A stretch of DNA of 64,000 nucleotides from positions 13,946 through 77,945 of IMG/VR virus record IMGVR_UViG_3300045988_119557. One strand, written 5' to 3'. The notes under the pieces were generated by a model. It was not told the origin of the DNA, did not search any database, and saw only the letters and a program-made list of their open reading frames with translations. Numbering within the stretch: position 1 is the first letter of the stretch; each line of letters begins with the position of its first letter. This document shows, in pieces, positions 45,728 to 54,233 of this stretch. The position numbers and the translations under genes were made by a program. The DNA is from a virus.

Positions 45728-46486
45728 TTAATTGCGACTCAACAACTTATTAACAAAGAACACTTGTCCAGCACCAGTCACTTTTGGAGTTTTATTTATG
45801 GTAATATGTCCATCACTGTGAGTTATAGCTGTTTCCTTAATCTCAAATAATTTCATCTCCATGCTTTTTTGAGTTGGCATATTAAAATCAGATCCTTTTC
45901 TTTTTATTAGATAACCATTATCTCTTAACCAAGAAAACATCCTATTTTGTCCCATTTCTACTCCATTCTGCTTGATAATTTTAGCCAAATCTCCAATTAG
46001 GATAGAAGTTTTGGAAGTAGTCACCGCTTCACTGAACAGAACTTTAGGTTTATCAACCTCAATCTTAGCCTCAGCCTCAATCCTTTTCTTTTGTTCCTCT
46101 TTCAGATTTTGCAACAGACCAATCATAAAGTCTGGATTAGAGATAGCTTGTTCTAATACATTATCTGTCATATATGCGCCATGCTTGCGAATTGAAGGGA
46201 GGATTTTGGTAGCTACGTTCATTTGGAAAGATTTGGCAGTTTCATTTGATGCTTTCATCGCAAGTAGATAGAATGCCTGTTCAGGGATAAAATCATCTTT
46301 TCCCAAGATGTTGGGAAAGCCAAAATCAGCCAAGTAGCGGTTGATTGTCTCCCATCTTACATACTCCACTCCATTTTTGTTTTGTGTAAACCCTAATCCT
46401 CTTGCAATATCTTCTACATTTAGATATGCTACTTCATTTTTAATGTAACCTCTTACGTTACTTACTGTGATAATTTCTTTTCCCAT
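45728..46486 (-). CDS. Bro-N/Ant-type antirepressor with KilAC domain
   Basis: NVEDIARGLGF..AFYLLAMKASNETAKSFQMNVATKILPSIRKHGAY, plus a C-terminal KilAC-like half (ILIGDLAKIIKQNGVEMGQNRMFSWLRDNGYL). Confidence 0.8.
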   Translation of the reverse strand: MGKEIITVSNVRGYIKNEVAYLNVEDIARGLGFTQNKNGVEYVRWETINRYLADFGFPNILGKDDFIPEQAFYLLAMKASNETAKSFQMNVATKILPSIRKHGAYMTDNVLEQAISNPDFMIGLLQNLKEEQKKRIEAEAKIEVDKPKVLFSEAVTTSKTSILIGDLAKIIKQNGVEMGQNRMFSWLRDNGYLIKRKGSDFNMPTQKSMEMKLFEIKETAITHSDGHITINKTPKVTGAGQVFFVNKLLSRN

Positions 46487-46503
46487 TTATAATCTATATT
46501 AAA

Positions 46504-46869
46504 TTATGCTACAAGTCGAAAGTTTGTATTTTCGATAGACTTATCTGTCATATATGAGCCATTCTTGCGAATCGAAGGTAATACTTCGTTGCATACCCAA
46601 TCTTGAAACTTTTCTGCATTAGGAAGATTTGATTTCATTGTTAATCTATATACTTCCCCTTCTTTCCCGTACTTTATAGGTTGCACACCACTTTGAGTAG
46701 GGGTTTCCAAAACGGTAACCCCCTTACAATGGTCTATAACAGCCTTTGCCGGATTTGAATAACCGAGAGATTTCGCCACATCAGCCAAACAAAATAAAGG
46801 CTCACCGTCAACGACTGATACTCTTACCTTTCCGAACTCTAAATTTTCAAATACCTTAATTTCTGACAT
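46504..46869 (-). CDS. Bro-N domain protein
   Basis: VFENLEFGKVRV..EPLFCLADVAKSLGY..YRLTMKSNLPNAEKFQDWVCNEVLPSIRKNGSY. Confidence 0.8.
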   Translation of the reverse strand: MSEIKVFENLEFGKVRVSVVDGEPLFCLADVAKSLGYSNPAKAVIDHCKGVTVLETPTQSGVQPIKYGKEGEVYRLTMKSNLPNAEKFQDWVCNEVLPSIRKNGSYMTDKSIENTNFRLVA

Positions 46870-46899
46870 AATTTTGATTTTTAATGATTAGTACTATTA

Positions 46900-47100
46900 T
46901 TATTTGCTCAACAAAGAGTTAAGCGTCTCTCTAAACTTTTTGTAGTCTTTCAATTCTTCATCAGACAATACAATAAAGCACATTCCATCAATGTATGTAC
47001 ATTCTAATTTTTCTCTTTTGATTAATCTCCAAATCCATGGTACGGTAACACCTTTCATGTCAGCGTAATTTTTGACCTTAATAAGATTTTCTAACTTCAT
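46900..47100 (-). CDS. small helix-turn-helix (excisionase/MerR-like, HTH_17-type) protein
   Basis: VKNYADMKGVTVPWIWRLIKREKLECTYIDGMCFI. It is a paralogue of the small ORFs at 54902-55066 and 59191-59361. Confidence 0.55.
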   Translation of the reverse strand: MKLENLIKVKNYADMKGVTVPWIWRLIKREKLECTYIDGMCFIVLSDEELKDYKKFRETLNSLLSK

Positions 47101-47129
47101 GTTATTTATTGTTTATTGGTTTAACAGTA

Positions 47130-47137
47130 CAAATATA
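47130..47137 (-). promoter_or_regulatory. Bacteroides-type -7 promoter box
   Basis: The minus strand reads TATATTTG, about 30 nt upstream of the ATG at 47100. Confidence 0.45.
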
Positions 47138-47200
47138 GCGTTAATTACCATATACATCCAAATAAAAAAATAATATTTTCAGAATTTAACATTGTTTTAT

Positions 47201-47231
47201 AAAAAAAGCGGCAAGAACTAAGTCTCACCGC
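47201..47231 (-). terminator. intrinsic terminator after the tnpB + 184-aa gene pair
   Basis: Minus strand: GCGGTGAGA..TTCTTGCCGC forms a 9-bp stem (two G-U pairs), followed by T7 (plus-strand A7 at 47201-47207). Confidence 0.7.
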
Positions 47232-47271
47232 TCAAAACAATTATGAACAAAATTTAAACTAAAGATTTCTG

Positions 47272-47826
47272 TTACCAGATTTTATATCCTGCGCCAATAT
47301 TATATACGGGCTTGTTCCCAAAGACTCCTATACCACCATTTAAATAAAATCCTTTTGGGAATGTAATAGCAACATTTAAAGTTGGTATATAGTTCTGATC
47401 AAAGTAAGAAACTTGTCCATAAAGATACCCTTGTGTTTTTTTAGGAGGATATATGGTTTTCGTTTCCGTATTTGTTATTGTCTTATATTCCGTTTTATTA
47501 AAGACATTTATTTTATCCAATGAAGGATTATACCCCGACACCCAAGCTTCATATCTACCATCTTCTTTATAATATTTCTGTTCTATTGGAAGTATTATTT
47601 TAGAAGAGTCAGAAGTATATATGTAAATAGTATCAATAATCTTTTTTTCTTTAAATATTGGAGATACTAATTCAAGAGTATCGTATTTTACTACCCAAAC
47701 CGTATCTGTCTGAAAAACCGTAGTAGGCTTCTCTAATGGTTTATTAAAATACGGGACAATTGCTATTATCACTAATAATATGATGATAATATATGCAAGA
47801 GCATTACAACGCTTTAAGGCACTCAT
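47272..47826 (-). CDS. membrane-anchored protein with beta-rich C-terminus ending in an aromatic residue
   Basis: N-terminal anchor ALAYIIIILLVIIAIVPYF. C-terminus LNGGIGVFGNKPVYNIGAGYKIW. It starts 8 nt after the tnpB stop. Confidence 0.55.
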   Translation of the reverse strand: MSALKRCNALAYIIIILLVIIAIVPYFNKPLEKPTTVFQTDTVWVVKYDTLELVSPIFKEKKIIDTIYIYTSDSSKIILPIEQKYYKEDGRYEAWVSGYNPSLDKINVFNKTEYKTITNTETKTIYPPKKTQGYLYGQVSYFDQNYIPTLNVAITFPKGFYLNGGIGVFGNKPVYNIGAGYKIW

Positions 47827-47834
47827 ATCAAATT

Positions 47835-49055
47835 TTACACTTGTCTATTTTGACGTTTCACTGAACCACTACTTCTTAGGTAACTTTCGCCACGTTCGTC
47901 CATAGTTGGGTTCTCACCGTCCAAACCCCAGTGTGCCACTGGTTCTGTTAATAAATTCTGTTCTTGCAGTCCGAATCGTTTAATATTCTGTGCTGCATTT
48001 AAGTCTCTGTCATTTACTATTCCACACTTAGGGCAAGTCCATGTACGGTCAGATAGTTTCATCCCCCAGTTTACATATCCACATCCACACATTTTAGATG
48101 AAGGCTGAAATCTACCGATGCGAATCAAAGTCTTTCCATACCATTTGCACTTGTATTCAAGCATAGAAAAGAAAGTAGACCAACCAACAGAACCTATTGA
48201 ACGGGCTAAATGATGATTCTTCATCATACCCTTAACGTTCAAATCCTCTATGATAATCGCTTGGTTTTCGCGAACAAGTTTAGTACTAATCTTGTGAAGA
48301 TAGTCCGTCCGTTGGTTGGTTACTTTCTCATATTGTCTTGCTAACCGCTTTCTAATTCTTTCACGTCTATTCCCTCCTTTTTTAGCCTTACTGAAACGTC
48401 TTTGCAGTTGTTTTAGTTTGACTGTTGATTTCTCCAAGTATTTTGGATTCTTATACACATCACCATTGGAACATACTGCAAAGTCTTTAATTCCTACATC
48501 AATCCCAATAGTCCCGTCATACGTTATGTTTTCCTTAGCTGGAAAATCTTTATCATCATCCACCAATACGCTAATATAGTATTTATCAGTAGGAGTTTTT
48601 GATACTACAACTGAAGTTGTTCTCCCTTCAAATGCACGGTTAGCTGCAAACTTCACCCATCCTATCTTTGGGAGTCTTACTTTGTTGCTGTCTAAGTCAA
48701 CCACTACTGAATTGATAGCTTTATACGACTGTCTATTATCATGCTTTGACTTGAATTTAGGAAATCCTTTCTTTTCCCTAAAGAATCTCGTAAAAGCGGA
48801 ATCAAGATTGCGAATTGACTGTTGCAGGCATTCGTTTGACAGCTCTTTTAGCCACTCCATCCCCTCTTCCTTTTTCAAGCCTGTAAGCATCTTGCACAGA
48901 TCAATAGAATTTATCCGCCTTTTTTCTGTCTGATATGCTTCAATGCGTTTGTTCAAAGCCCAATTATATACATACCTCGCGCACCCAAAAGACTTCGCAA
49001 AGAAAATCTTCTGTTCTTTTGTAGGATGTAATCTGTATTTGTAGGCTCGTAACAT
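47835..49055 (-). CDS. tnpB: TnpB, IS200/IS605-family RNA-guided nuclease with an intact RuvC triad
   Basis: MLRAYKYRLHPT.., IGIDVGIKDF (RuvC-I), IIIEDLNVKGM (RuvC-II), CGCGYV..CPKCG zinc ribbon, NDRDLNAAQNI (RuvC-III). Confidence 0.9.
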   Translation of the reverse strand: MLRAYKYRLHPTKEQKIFFAKSFGCARYVYNWALNKRIEAYQTEKRRINSIDLCKMLTGLKKEEGMEWLKELSNECLQQSIRNLDSAFTRFFREKKGFPKFKSKHDNRQSYKAINSVVVDLDSNKVRLPKIGWVKFAANRAFEGRTTSVVVSKTPTDKYYISVLVDDDKDFPAKENITYDGTIGIDVGIKDFAVCSNGDVYKNPKYLEKSTVKLKQLQRRFSKAKKGGNRRERIRKRLARQYEKVTNQRTDYLHKISTKLVRENQAIIIEDLNVKGMMKNHHLARSIGSVGWSTFFSMLEYKCKWYGKTLIRIGRFQPSSKMCGCGYVNWGMKLSDRTWTCPKCGIVNDRDLNAAQNIKRFGLQEQNLLTEPVAHWGLDGENPTMDERGESYLRSSGSVKRQNRQV

Positions 49056-49078
49056 AGCTTATTTCTATTGATTCAGTG

Positions 49079-49086
49079 CAAATATA
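49079..49086 (-). promoter_or_regulatory. Bacteroides-type -7 promoter box
   Basis: The minus strand reads TATATTTG, 23 nt upstream of the tnpB ATG. Confidence 0.45.
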
Positions 49087-49137
49087 GTAAACGGTAAACT
49101 AAAATGCAACTATATTAGTTTATTTAACTGTTTACTT
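49087..49137. repeat. long imperfect palindrome upstream of tnpB (candidate left-end hairpin)
   Basis: GTAAACGGTAAACTAAAAT...ATTTAACTGTTTAC. Pairing the arms by hand gives about 16 of 19 positions (including G-U pairs). Confidence 0.5.
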
Positions 49138-49165
49138 GGTGTTGGGACGTATATAAGTGCCCTTG

Positions 49166-49612
49166 TTAATTTTTAATAGTCGTAAGACCGTTAATATTAG
49201 TAAATTTAAATGTTGCTAAAATATATGGGGAATTTCCATGCAGATAATCCGAAGATGGTTCTACTTTATCGGAGAGAATAATCTCTGCTTGTCTTTTTCT
49301 GATAGTATCCCAATACAATATTTTTTTTCCAAGAACATAATTATAAAAGTTGTCGAAAGTATCACGACGATTGACTCCTATAAATGCAAACACGAATTCA
49401 ATATCTGTAGCATCTACCGTTGGAGTATCTGGTATGTAGTAATTACTTCCATTGCTTTCAGGAAATACTTCTGAATAAATTCTTGGCTTACCCTTAGTGG
49501 ATAGCCCTTTGCATGACACATACTTCATACCAGGGAAATCTACCTCTAAGTTTTTAACGGGTTGCGTTGTTGGCTTCCCTATCTCTTGCATATAAAAAAC
49601 CGGATTACTCAT
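49166..49612 (-). CDS. hypothetical protein
   Basis: 148-aa ORF. No motif confidently recognised. Confidence 0.5.
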   Translation of the reverse strand: MSNPVFYMQEIGKPTTQPVKNLEVDFPGMKYVSCKGLSTKGKPRIYSEVFPESNGSNYYIPDTPTVDATDIEFVFAFIGVNRRDTFDNFYNYVLGKKILYWDTIRKRQAEIILSDKVEPSSDYLHGNSPYILATFKFTNINGLTTIKN

Positions 49613-50126
49613 TATCTTTCGGCATTATTCGTTCAACTATAACGCGACTATTAATAACATCTCCTGTAATTAAAGGCGAGCCGCCATATACATAGATAAA
49701 ACATCTGCTATTTGCTCCAATGCTTATATCTATCCTACTATCACCAGCAATAAAGATTTTGCAAAAATGATTGGGTTTTATTTTGAGATCTGTATTACTA
49801 TCTAATACACACAAAAGAGTAGTAGAAACCTCAAAGTTGTCGTCGTTGTATTCACACAACATAGCCCCAGTGTATCCATGACCTTTATCATTTTTATATT
49901 CGCAAATATATTTTCCATTTACATAGGCTTTAAATTTCTTTGCAAAATATTCAGGAGACACTCCCCATCCCTCGGCAACAGAAGTAGCCATAAATTCTGC
50001 TCCATTAGCGTCACAAGCAATTTCAAATAATTCTCTATTGCTTTTTTCAGAAGTCCATTTGTCAGTATAACCTTGACAGAGACCTCTTTCTATAGCGTTT
50101 TTTTTAAATTGTTCTAAATCTATCAT
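49605..50126 (-). CDS. hypothetical protein
   Basis: 173-aa ORF that overlaps the downstream gene by 8 nt. Confidence 0.5.
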   Translation of the reverse strand: MIDLEQFKKNAIERGLCQGYTDKWTSEKSNRELFEIACDANGAEFMATSVAEGWGVSPEYFAKKFKAYVNGKYICEYKNDKGHGYTGAMLCEYNDDNFEVSTTLLCVLDSNTDLKIKPNHFCKIFIAGDSRIDISIGANSRCFIYVYGGSPLITGDVINSRVIVERIMPKDNE

Positions 50127-50180
50127 TGTTAGTCTGTTTTATACCGCAAATATAGCAATTATTACTTTAAATCCAATATT

Positions 50181-50538
50181 TTATTCTCCTTTTCTAACTT
50201 TATCACAACAATCAGCGATATACCCACAAAGATAGCTAAAACATTCTTGATTTTCAAGGTCAACCTTTGCTCCAATATAAGAGAATATATCCATTGCAGC
50301 ATGTGTAGCTTCATGCGTTATATGCTTAATCGTCATATCTTTTTTTGAAGCAAATCTAATTAGTACACCTCCTTTATCTGTTTTTTTTGTTACAAGTGGT
50401 TTCCGTTATAGCACAACAACTGTTATCAAAATCAACAACATCGTCTAAAATATACTCAAATTTGCTTTTAGAAACTGCTATCCACAACTTTATTGGATAA
50501 ATAGCTAAATCAAATTCATGTAGTGTTTCTTTCTTCAT
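50181..50538 (-). pseudogene. small HExxH protein gene broken by a +1 frame shift at an A8 run
   Basis: Hand translation: MKKETLHEFDLAIYPIKLWIAVS..CAITETTCNKKNR then a stop (50374). The +1 frame continues TDKGGVLIRFASKKDMTIKHITHEATHAAMDIF..YLCGYIADCCDKVRKGE to 50181. The junction is the run at 50381-50388. Confidence 0.55.
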
Positions 50539-50550
50539 TTTTTATTTGTT

Positions 50551-52662
50551 TTAAAAAGGACAACTTTCATCTCCACTTGCGAATGGCAGTCCATTATCCT
50601 TATTTTGATTAACATCTCTCGGTTCTTGATTATGCCATGATTCGGGTTGAGGATATGTAAAAGAGTATGGTTTAGGTGCTTCTTCCCATCCATAATGTAT
50701 ATCTTCATTTTCTTCATTTTTGAATCTTCGGCTTGGTATATCATAGTGCATCCCCACCAAATAATCCACTACGCCATACATTCGGTTTTTAGCCACCTCT
50801 ATTACGTTTCCAAATCCAGTATATCTGGCAACCTTATCCTTCCCTAAAAACTCTCCTCCACGTTTAATGAAGTCATTATTAACTCGATGGATTATAAATA
50901 CATTGTCAACAGCATTTGTTAAATCGGCTGTTCCGCTAATTGAATCCTTTCTTAGAAATTCAACTTGTTTACGCGGATGACAGACCAGAATTAAATGGAT
51001 TTGATTCTTTTTAGAGAATTCGCATATTTTCAATATAAGTTCTTTTTGCTTATTGTTTTTATCTCCATCAAATAAATCAATATCAAGAGAAAATAAGTTG
51101 TCAAGAATCAAAAGCTTTACGCCATTATCAACCATCTCTTTCATGTCGTTAAAAAGCTGCGCGAACTTAGAGCCATACTCGTTGTTATACAAGAAGAACT
51201 TCCCATCAAGCCAATTGTCTATTTTTTCAGCAGCAGCAGGCATAACGTCATATTTTCCAGAACCAGGTATTCGTTCAACTAAATTCCTACTACCTGCGGC
51301 AACCATTTGAATCCAAGTTTTTAGAATATCTGGACGTAATTCTCCGCTCCACAATGCAGCCTTATATCCCTGATTTACAACATTAAGAATTAATGTATTT
51401 AGCCATGATGATTTTCCACTGGAATTACTACCAGACAAAATAGATACTTCTCCAAGATTTAACCCAACCATAGCCCTATCCAAGACATGAAAACCTGTTT
51501 TTAGGCTTATTATTTCTGTCAGATTTATCTTTTTAATATCCTTCATGCTAAACCATTTCTTGCCTAACTCTTCCGTTTCCTCCTTGATTTTCATTTCTTT
51601 TTTGGGAGGAATTGGATAGTTATTGTTCCCATATTGGGTATTATTTCTTGGAGTAACATCATAAGCATTAGGCTCGTATTTTAAGCGCAAATCTCTCCAA
51701 GTATATTGGCTACATGAATTATGGAAACAAGTAAAACCTATCCCATCTTTAGATACAAAAATAGCCGAATCAGGATGTTTATGCGAAGAGTCAAATGGGC
51801 ATTCATCTAATATGATCTTTCTTGTCCCATCACCAAGCAATGTATCTTTATATACTTTTATCCCATGCTTACTGATAAAATTATCAATATCAAATCGTTC
51901 CCTATTGCCGTTGTTAAATCTAACTATTGGCTCTATTTTCGGGATATAATCAGCAAGCCTTTTGAATAAAGATATATCATTCTCTTTAATTTCTTGCGGT
52001 ACAACTAATATTTTGCTAATTCGATGTGGTCTATTAGGCGTATTACCTCCCTTTCTCGAATACGTACCATATAGCTTTGTTATTCTCGCTGGATTAAACA
52101 CCTTTACATCAACATCAACATGGTCATCAGTAAACTTGGAAGATAAATACTTCAAAAAATCCCTGATAATAGATGTATTTTCATCAGTATTATCCAAATC
52201 CACCTTATACATCAAATGGTATCCATTCCCAGATTCACAAACAATTGGATAATTAAAACCATTTGCTTTTAAAAATGTTCTTGCTTCGTTTGCTGTCTTG
52301 CGAGAATATTCCTTTTCTTCATCAGTACTTGCTACATCCTTTACGCCACCTTCACGTATTGGATCAAAGTCAATAAGCACCCAACGTCTTTTTTGAATAT
52401 CAGCATCCTTAATCGCAGGTGCTCCTTTCACCATAGTGTTAAACTGAGGCAAGCCATCTAACGCGTTTTTTAGCTCGTTAAAGGTAAAATAGATGTTGTA
52501 CCTATCATCGAACCTTTGGATTGATTCTACGGCTTTATTTGCGTCTCTAAACACACCTGAATAAATGTCATTCTTGTTTAGTGGATTAAAAAGCCGTATT
52601 TCAAATAATTCTCCATCATTTCTGAACAGAGCAAGGGTCTTTTTTATTTCTTCGTTATTCAT
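50551..52662 (-). CDS. primase-helicase (AEP prim-pol-like N-domain, zinc motif, DnaB/RecA-type helicase C-domain)
   Basis: WVLIDFDP and GNGYHLMY (AEP motifs), CPFDSSHKHPDSAIF..CFHNSC, Walker A GSNSSGKSS, Walker B LLILDNLF. Confidence 0.8.
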   Translation of the reverse strand: MNNEEIKKTLALFRNDGELFEIRLFNPLNKNDIYSGVFRDANKAVESIQRFDDRYNIYFTFNELKNALDGLPQFNTMVKGAPAIKDADIQKRRWVLIDFDPIREGGVKDVASTDEEKEYSRKTANEARTFLKANGFNYPIVCESGNGYHLMYKVDLDNTDENTSIIRDFLKYLSSKFTDDHVDVDVKVFNPARITKLYGTYSRKGGNTPNRPHRISKILVVPQEIKENDISLFKRLADYIPKIEPIVRFNNGNRERFDIDNFISKHGIKVYKDTLLGDGTRKIILDECPFDSSHKHPDSAIFVSKDGIGFTCFHNSCSQYTWRDLRLKYEPNAYDVTPRNNTQYGNNNYPIPPKKEMKIKEETEELGKKWFSMKDIKKINLTEIISLKTGFHVLDRAMVGLNLGEVSILSGSNSSGKSSWLNTLILNVVNQGYKAALWSGELRPDILKTWIQMVAAGSRNLVERIPGSGKYDVMPAAAEKIDNWLDGKFFLYNNEYGSKFAQLFNDMKEMVDNGVKLLILDNLFSLDIDLFDGDKNNKQKELILKICEFSKKNQIHLILVCHPRKQVEFLRKDSISGTADLTNAVDNVFIIHRVNNDFIKRGGEFLGKDKVARYTGFGNVIEVAKNRMYGVVDYLVGMHYDIPSRRFKNEENEDIHYGWEEAPKPYSFTYPQPESWHNQEPRDVNQNKDNGLPFASGDESCPF

Positions 52663-53647
52663 GGTTCAATGGTTTTCTTTTCCACTCTTTTTTTTCTGAA
52701 TTCCAACTATAATAAACGCCTTGGCAGTACACCGTTGCTCCATTAGGGCGTTCATTGGGCTTATATCCATCATATACTCCCCATTCAGGATTATTAGTTG
52801 TACAATAGGCATTGACATTATCATTCCAAAACAGTGATATACCATCACATGATGGAGTGTACGCCTCTTTATAAGCCTTGTCTCCCAAATTGATAATCAT
52901 ATCATAGTCTCTTTTAGCAGAAGGAGAATTATGCAATGCTCCTGACAGTATGGAATCAAAATTGCCTTTTGTATTGCTTATAAGCCACATGAAACTTGCT
53001 TTCCACAATTTCCCACTATCTCCTCCCTTGTAGAAATCAGGCAACGACTCACAAAGCAATATAGCTTTTTTAATATCATCAACCGAATATCCATCCCTGA
53101 TTCTTGAGTTAATTGCTGACTTTATTTTCTCTGAAATAACATGGACTTTAGCAAACGATTTGGTGTTCTCATTCCAGAAATCAACTATTTCTTTATAAAT
53201 TTCTTTATTTATAGATTTATCTTTATAGTTTTGTTTTATAGATTGTATTGCTTGGGTGTTTTCCCAATCAGACGGGGATTTTCCCCAACGGTCGGTTATT
53301 TTTCCCAGCGATGTACCAAAAAGACCATAAGCTTCATTTGTTAACGCATACCAATTTGTTTTATCGATTTTAATTTTATTGTAATTAGAAACAAGAATAA
53401 GTCCTTTCTTCTCCAATCTATTTAAAGCTCCTCTTATTTTATCTTCTGTTAGATATGGATATTGTTCATTTATTCTTTTACGTGTAATGTACACCCAAAC
53501 ATGTCCATCTTTGAACATGTCTTCGTCGTCTGAATTTCCTACGCACCAATGATACAAATGACCTAATACCAATGCTTCCACTAATCCTATTTTAGAAGCC
53601 AATTCTACTGAAAATGAATGTGAATCGTAATTTTGTTCTTTTAACAT
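52655..53647 (-). CDS. replication organiser-like protein (winged-helix N-domain plus conserved phage C-terminal-type region)
   Basis: ELASKIGLVEALVLGHLYHW..IRGALNRLEKKGLI, then IVDFWNENTKSFAKV..SAINSRIRDGYSVDDIKKAIL. It lies immediately upstream of the primase-helicase. Confidence 0.5.
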   Translation of the reverse strand: MLKEQNYDSHSFSVELASKIGLVEALVLGHLYHWCVGNSDDEDMFKDGHVWVYITRKRINEQYPYLTEDKIRGALNRLEKKGLILVSNYNKIKIDKTNWYALTNEAYGLFGTSLGKITDRWGKSPSDWENTQAIQSIKQNYKDKSINKEIYKEIVDFWNENTKSFAKVHVISEKIKSAINSRIRDGYSVDDIKKAILLCESLPDFYKGGDSGKLWKASFMWLISNTKGNFDSILSGALHNSPSAKRDYDMIINLGDKAYKEAYTPSCDGISLFWNDNVNAYCTTNNPEWGVYDGYKPNERPNGATVYCQGVYYSWNSEKKEWKRKPLNHE

Positions 53648-53695
53648 AATTCCCGAATTTTAATTAATTAATAATATTACATCTGAATTTTTTTT

Positions 53696-53774
53696 AAAAA
53701 AAAAAGAGTGGATAAAGGGAAATTCAGGGAACCTTTTTCAACAGGGTAGCTAATCCATGCCTTCCACTCTTTTT
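53696..53774 (-). terminator. strong intrinsic terminator inside the leader of the replication operon
   Basis: Minus strand: AAAAAGAGTGGA...TCCACTCTTTTT forms a 12-bp closing stem (53763-53774 pairs with 53701-53712), followed by a T10 run (plus-strand A10 at 53696-53705). Confidence 0.65.
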
Positions 53775-53797
53775 GGTTTATTATTAATGCAGAAAAT

Positions 53798-53860
53798 TGA
53801 GGGGAAGAGGGATATGGTAAGACCTCTTTCGGTCGGGTAATTAAGCCGCCTATCCCCTCA
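53798..53860 (-). promoter_or_regulatory. promoter-proximal stem-loop in the same leader
   Basis: TGAGGGGA (53798-53805) pairs with TCCCCTCA (53853-53860). An internal GACC-GAAAGA-GGTC hairpin is present. Confidence 0.45.
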
Positions 53861-53876
53861 AAAAATGTTAGTACTG

Positions 53877-53884
53877 CAAAGATA
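53877..53884 (-). promoter_or_regulatory. Bacteroides-type -7 promoter box
   Basis: The minus strand reads TATCTTTG, starting 6 nt after the stop codon of the 53890-54177 gene. Confidence 0.45.
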
Positions 53885-53889
53885 GCACT

Positions 53890-54177
53890 TTATTTGTTAT
53901 TCTCCATTTTCTCCTTTAATTTTTCTTCCGCCTCAGCCAATCTTTTCTTTAGTTCTATGACGACTTTAGACAGCGCGTAATCATTCACCCACTTAACATC
54001 GCCTATTTGCGTCAATATCGTCCCAAAATCGCGATTTAAATCATAAAGTATACCCTCGGTATCCTGCGACAAGAAAGTGTCTAAATTCGCACTATATAAG
54101 CCAAATGGAGTATTGTATACGATATTGCCTTTCTTCTCTTCTTCCAATACCAATTTCTTAATATCGTTATTTCCCAT
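53890..54177 (-). CDS. hypothetical protein
   Basis: 95-aa ORF. No motif recognised. Confidence 0.5.
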   Translation of the reverse strand: MGNNDIKKLVLEEEKKGNIVYNTPFGLYSANLDTFLSQDTEGILYDLNRDFGTILTQIGDVKWVNDYALSKVVIELKKRLAEAEEKLKEKMENNK

Positions 54178-54233
54178 ATTAAATCTTCTTTCTCTTTAAT
54201 TCGTTTCAACACATTTTAATTGACTTCGATGAT

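Larger units (their letters stand above)
47835..49137 (-). mobile_element. tnpB-only IS200/IS605-type (IS1341-like) element, ends not resolved
   Basis: tnpB without a tnpA, plus an upstream imperfect palindrome. The downstream boundary is unknown (see findings). Confidence 0.45.

Noticed and set aside
49166-49612. The 148-aa protein adjacent to tnpB loosely resembled a distal tail (Dit-like) N-domain (..DIEFVFAFIG..ILATFKFTNINGL).
   Set aside because: It is too short, sits in the early/replication operon rather than the tail module, and the resemblance is only a pattern of alternating hydrophobic residues.
50535-50744. A 69-aa minus-strand ORF overlaps the 3' end of the primase-helicase gene in another frame.
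   Set aside because: It lies entirely within the 703-aa gene apart from its last few codons and has no motif. It is best explained as a chance overlap. The real downstream gene is the broken HExxH gene starting at 50538.
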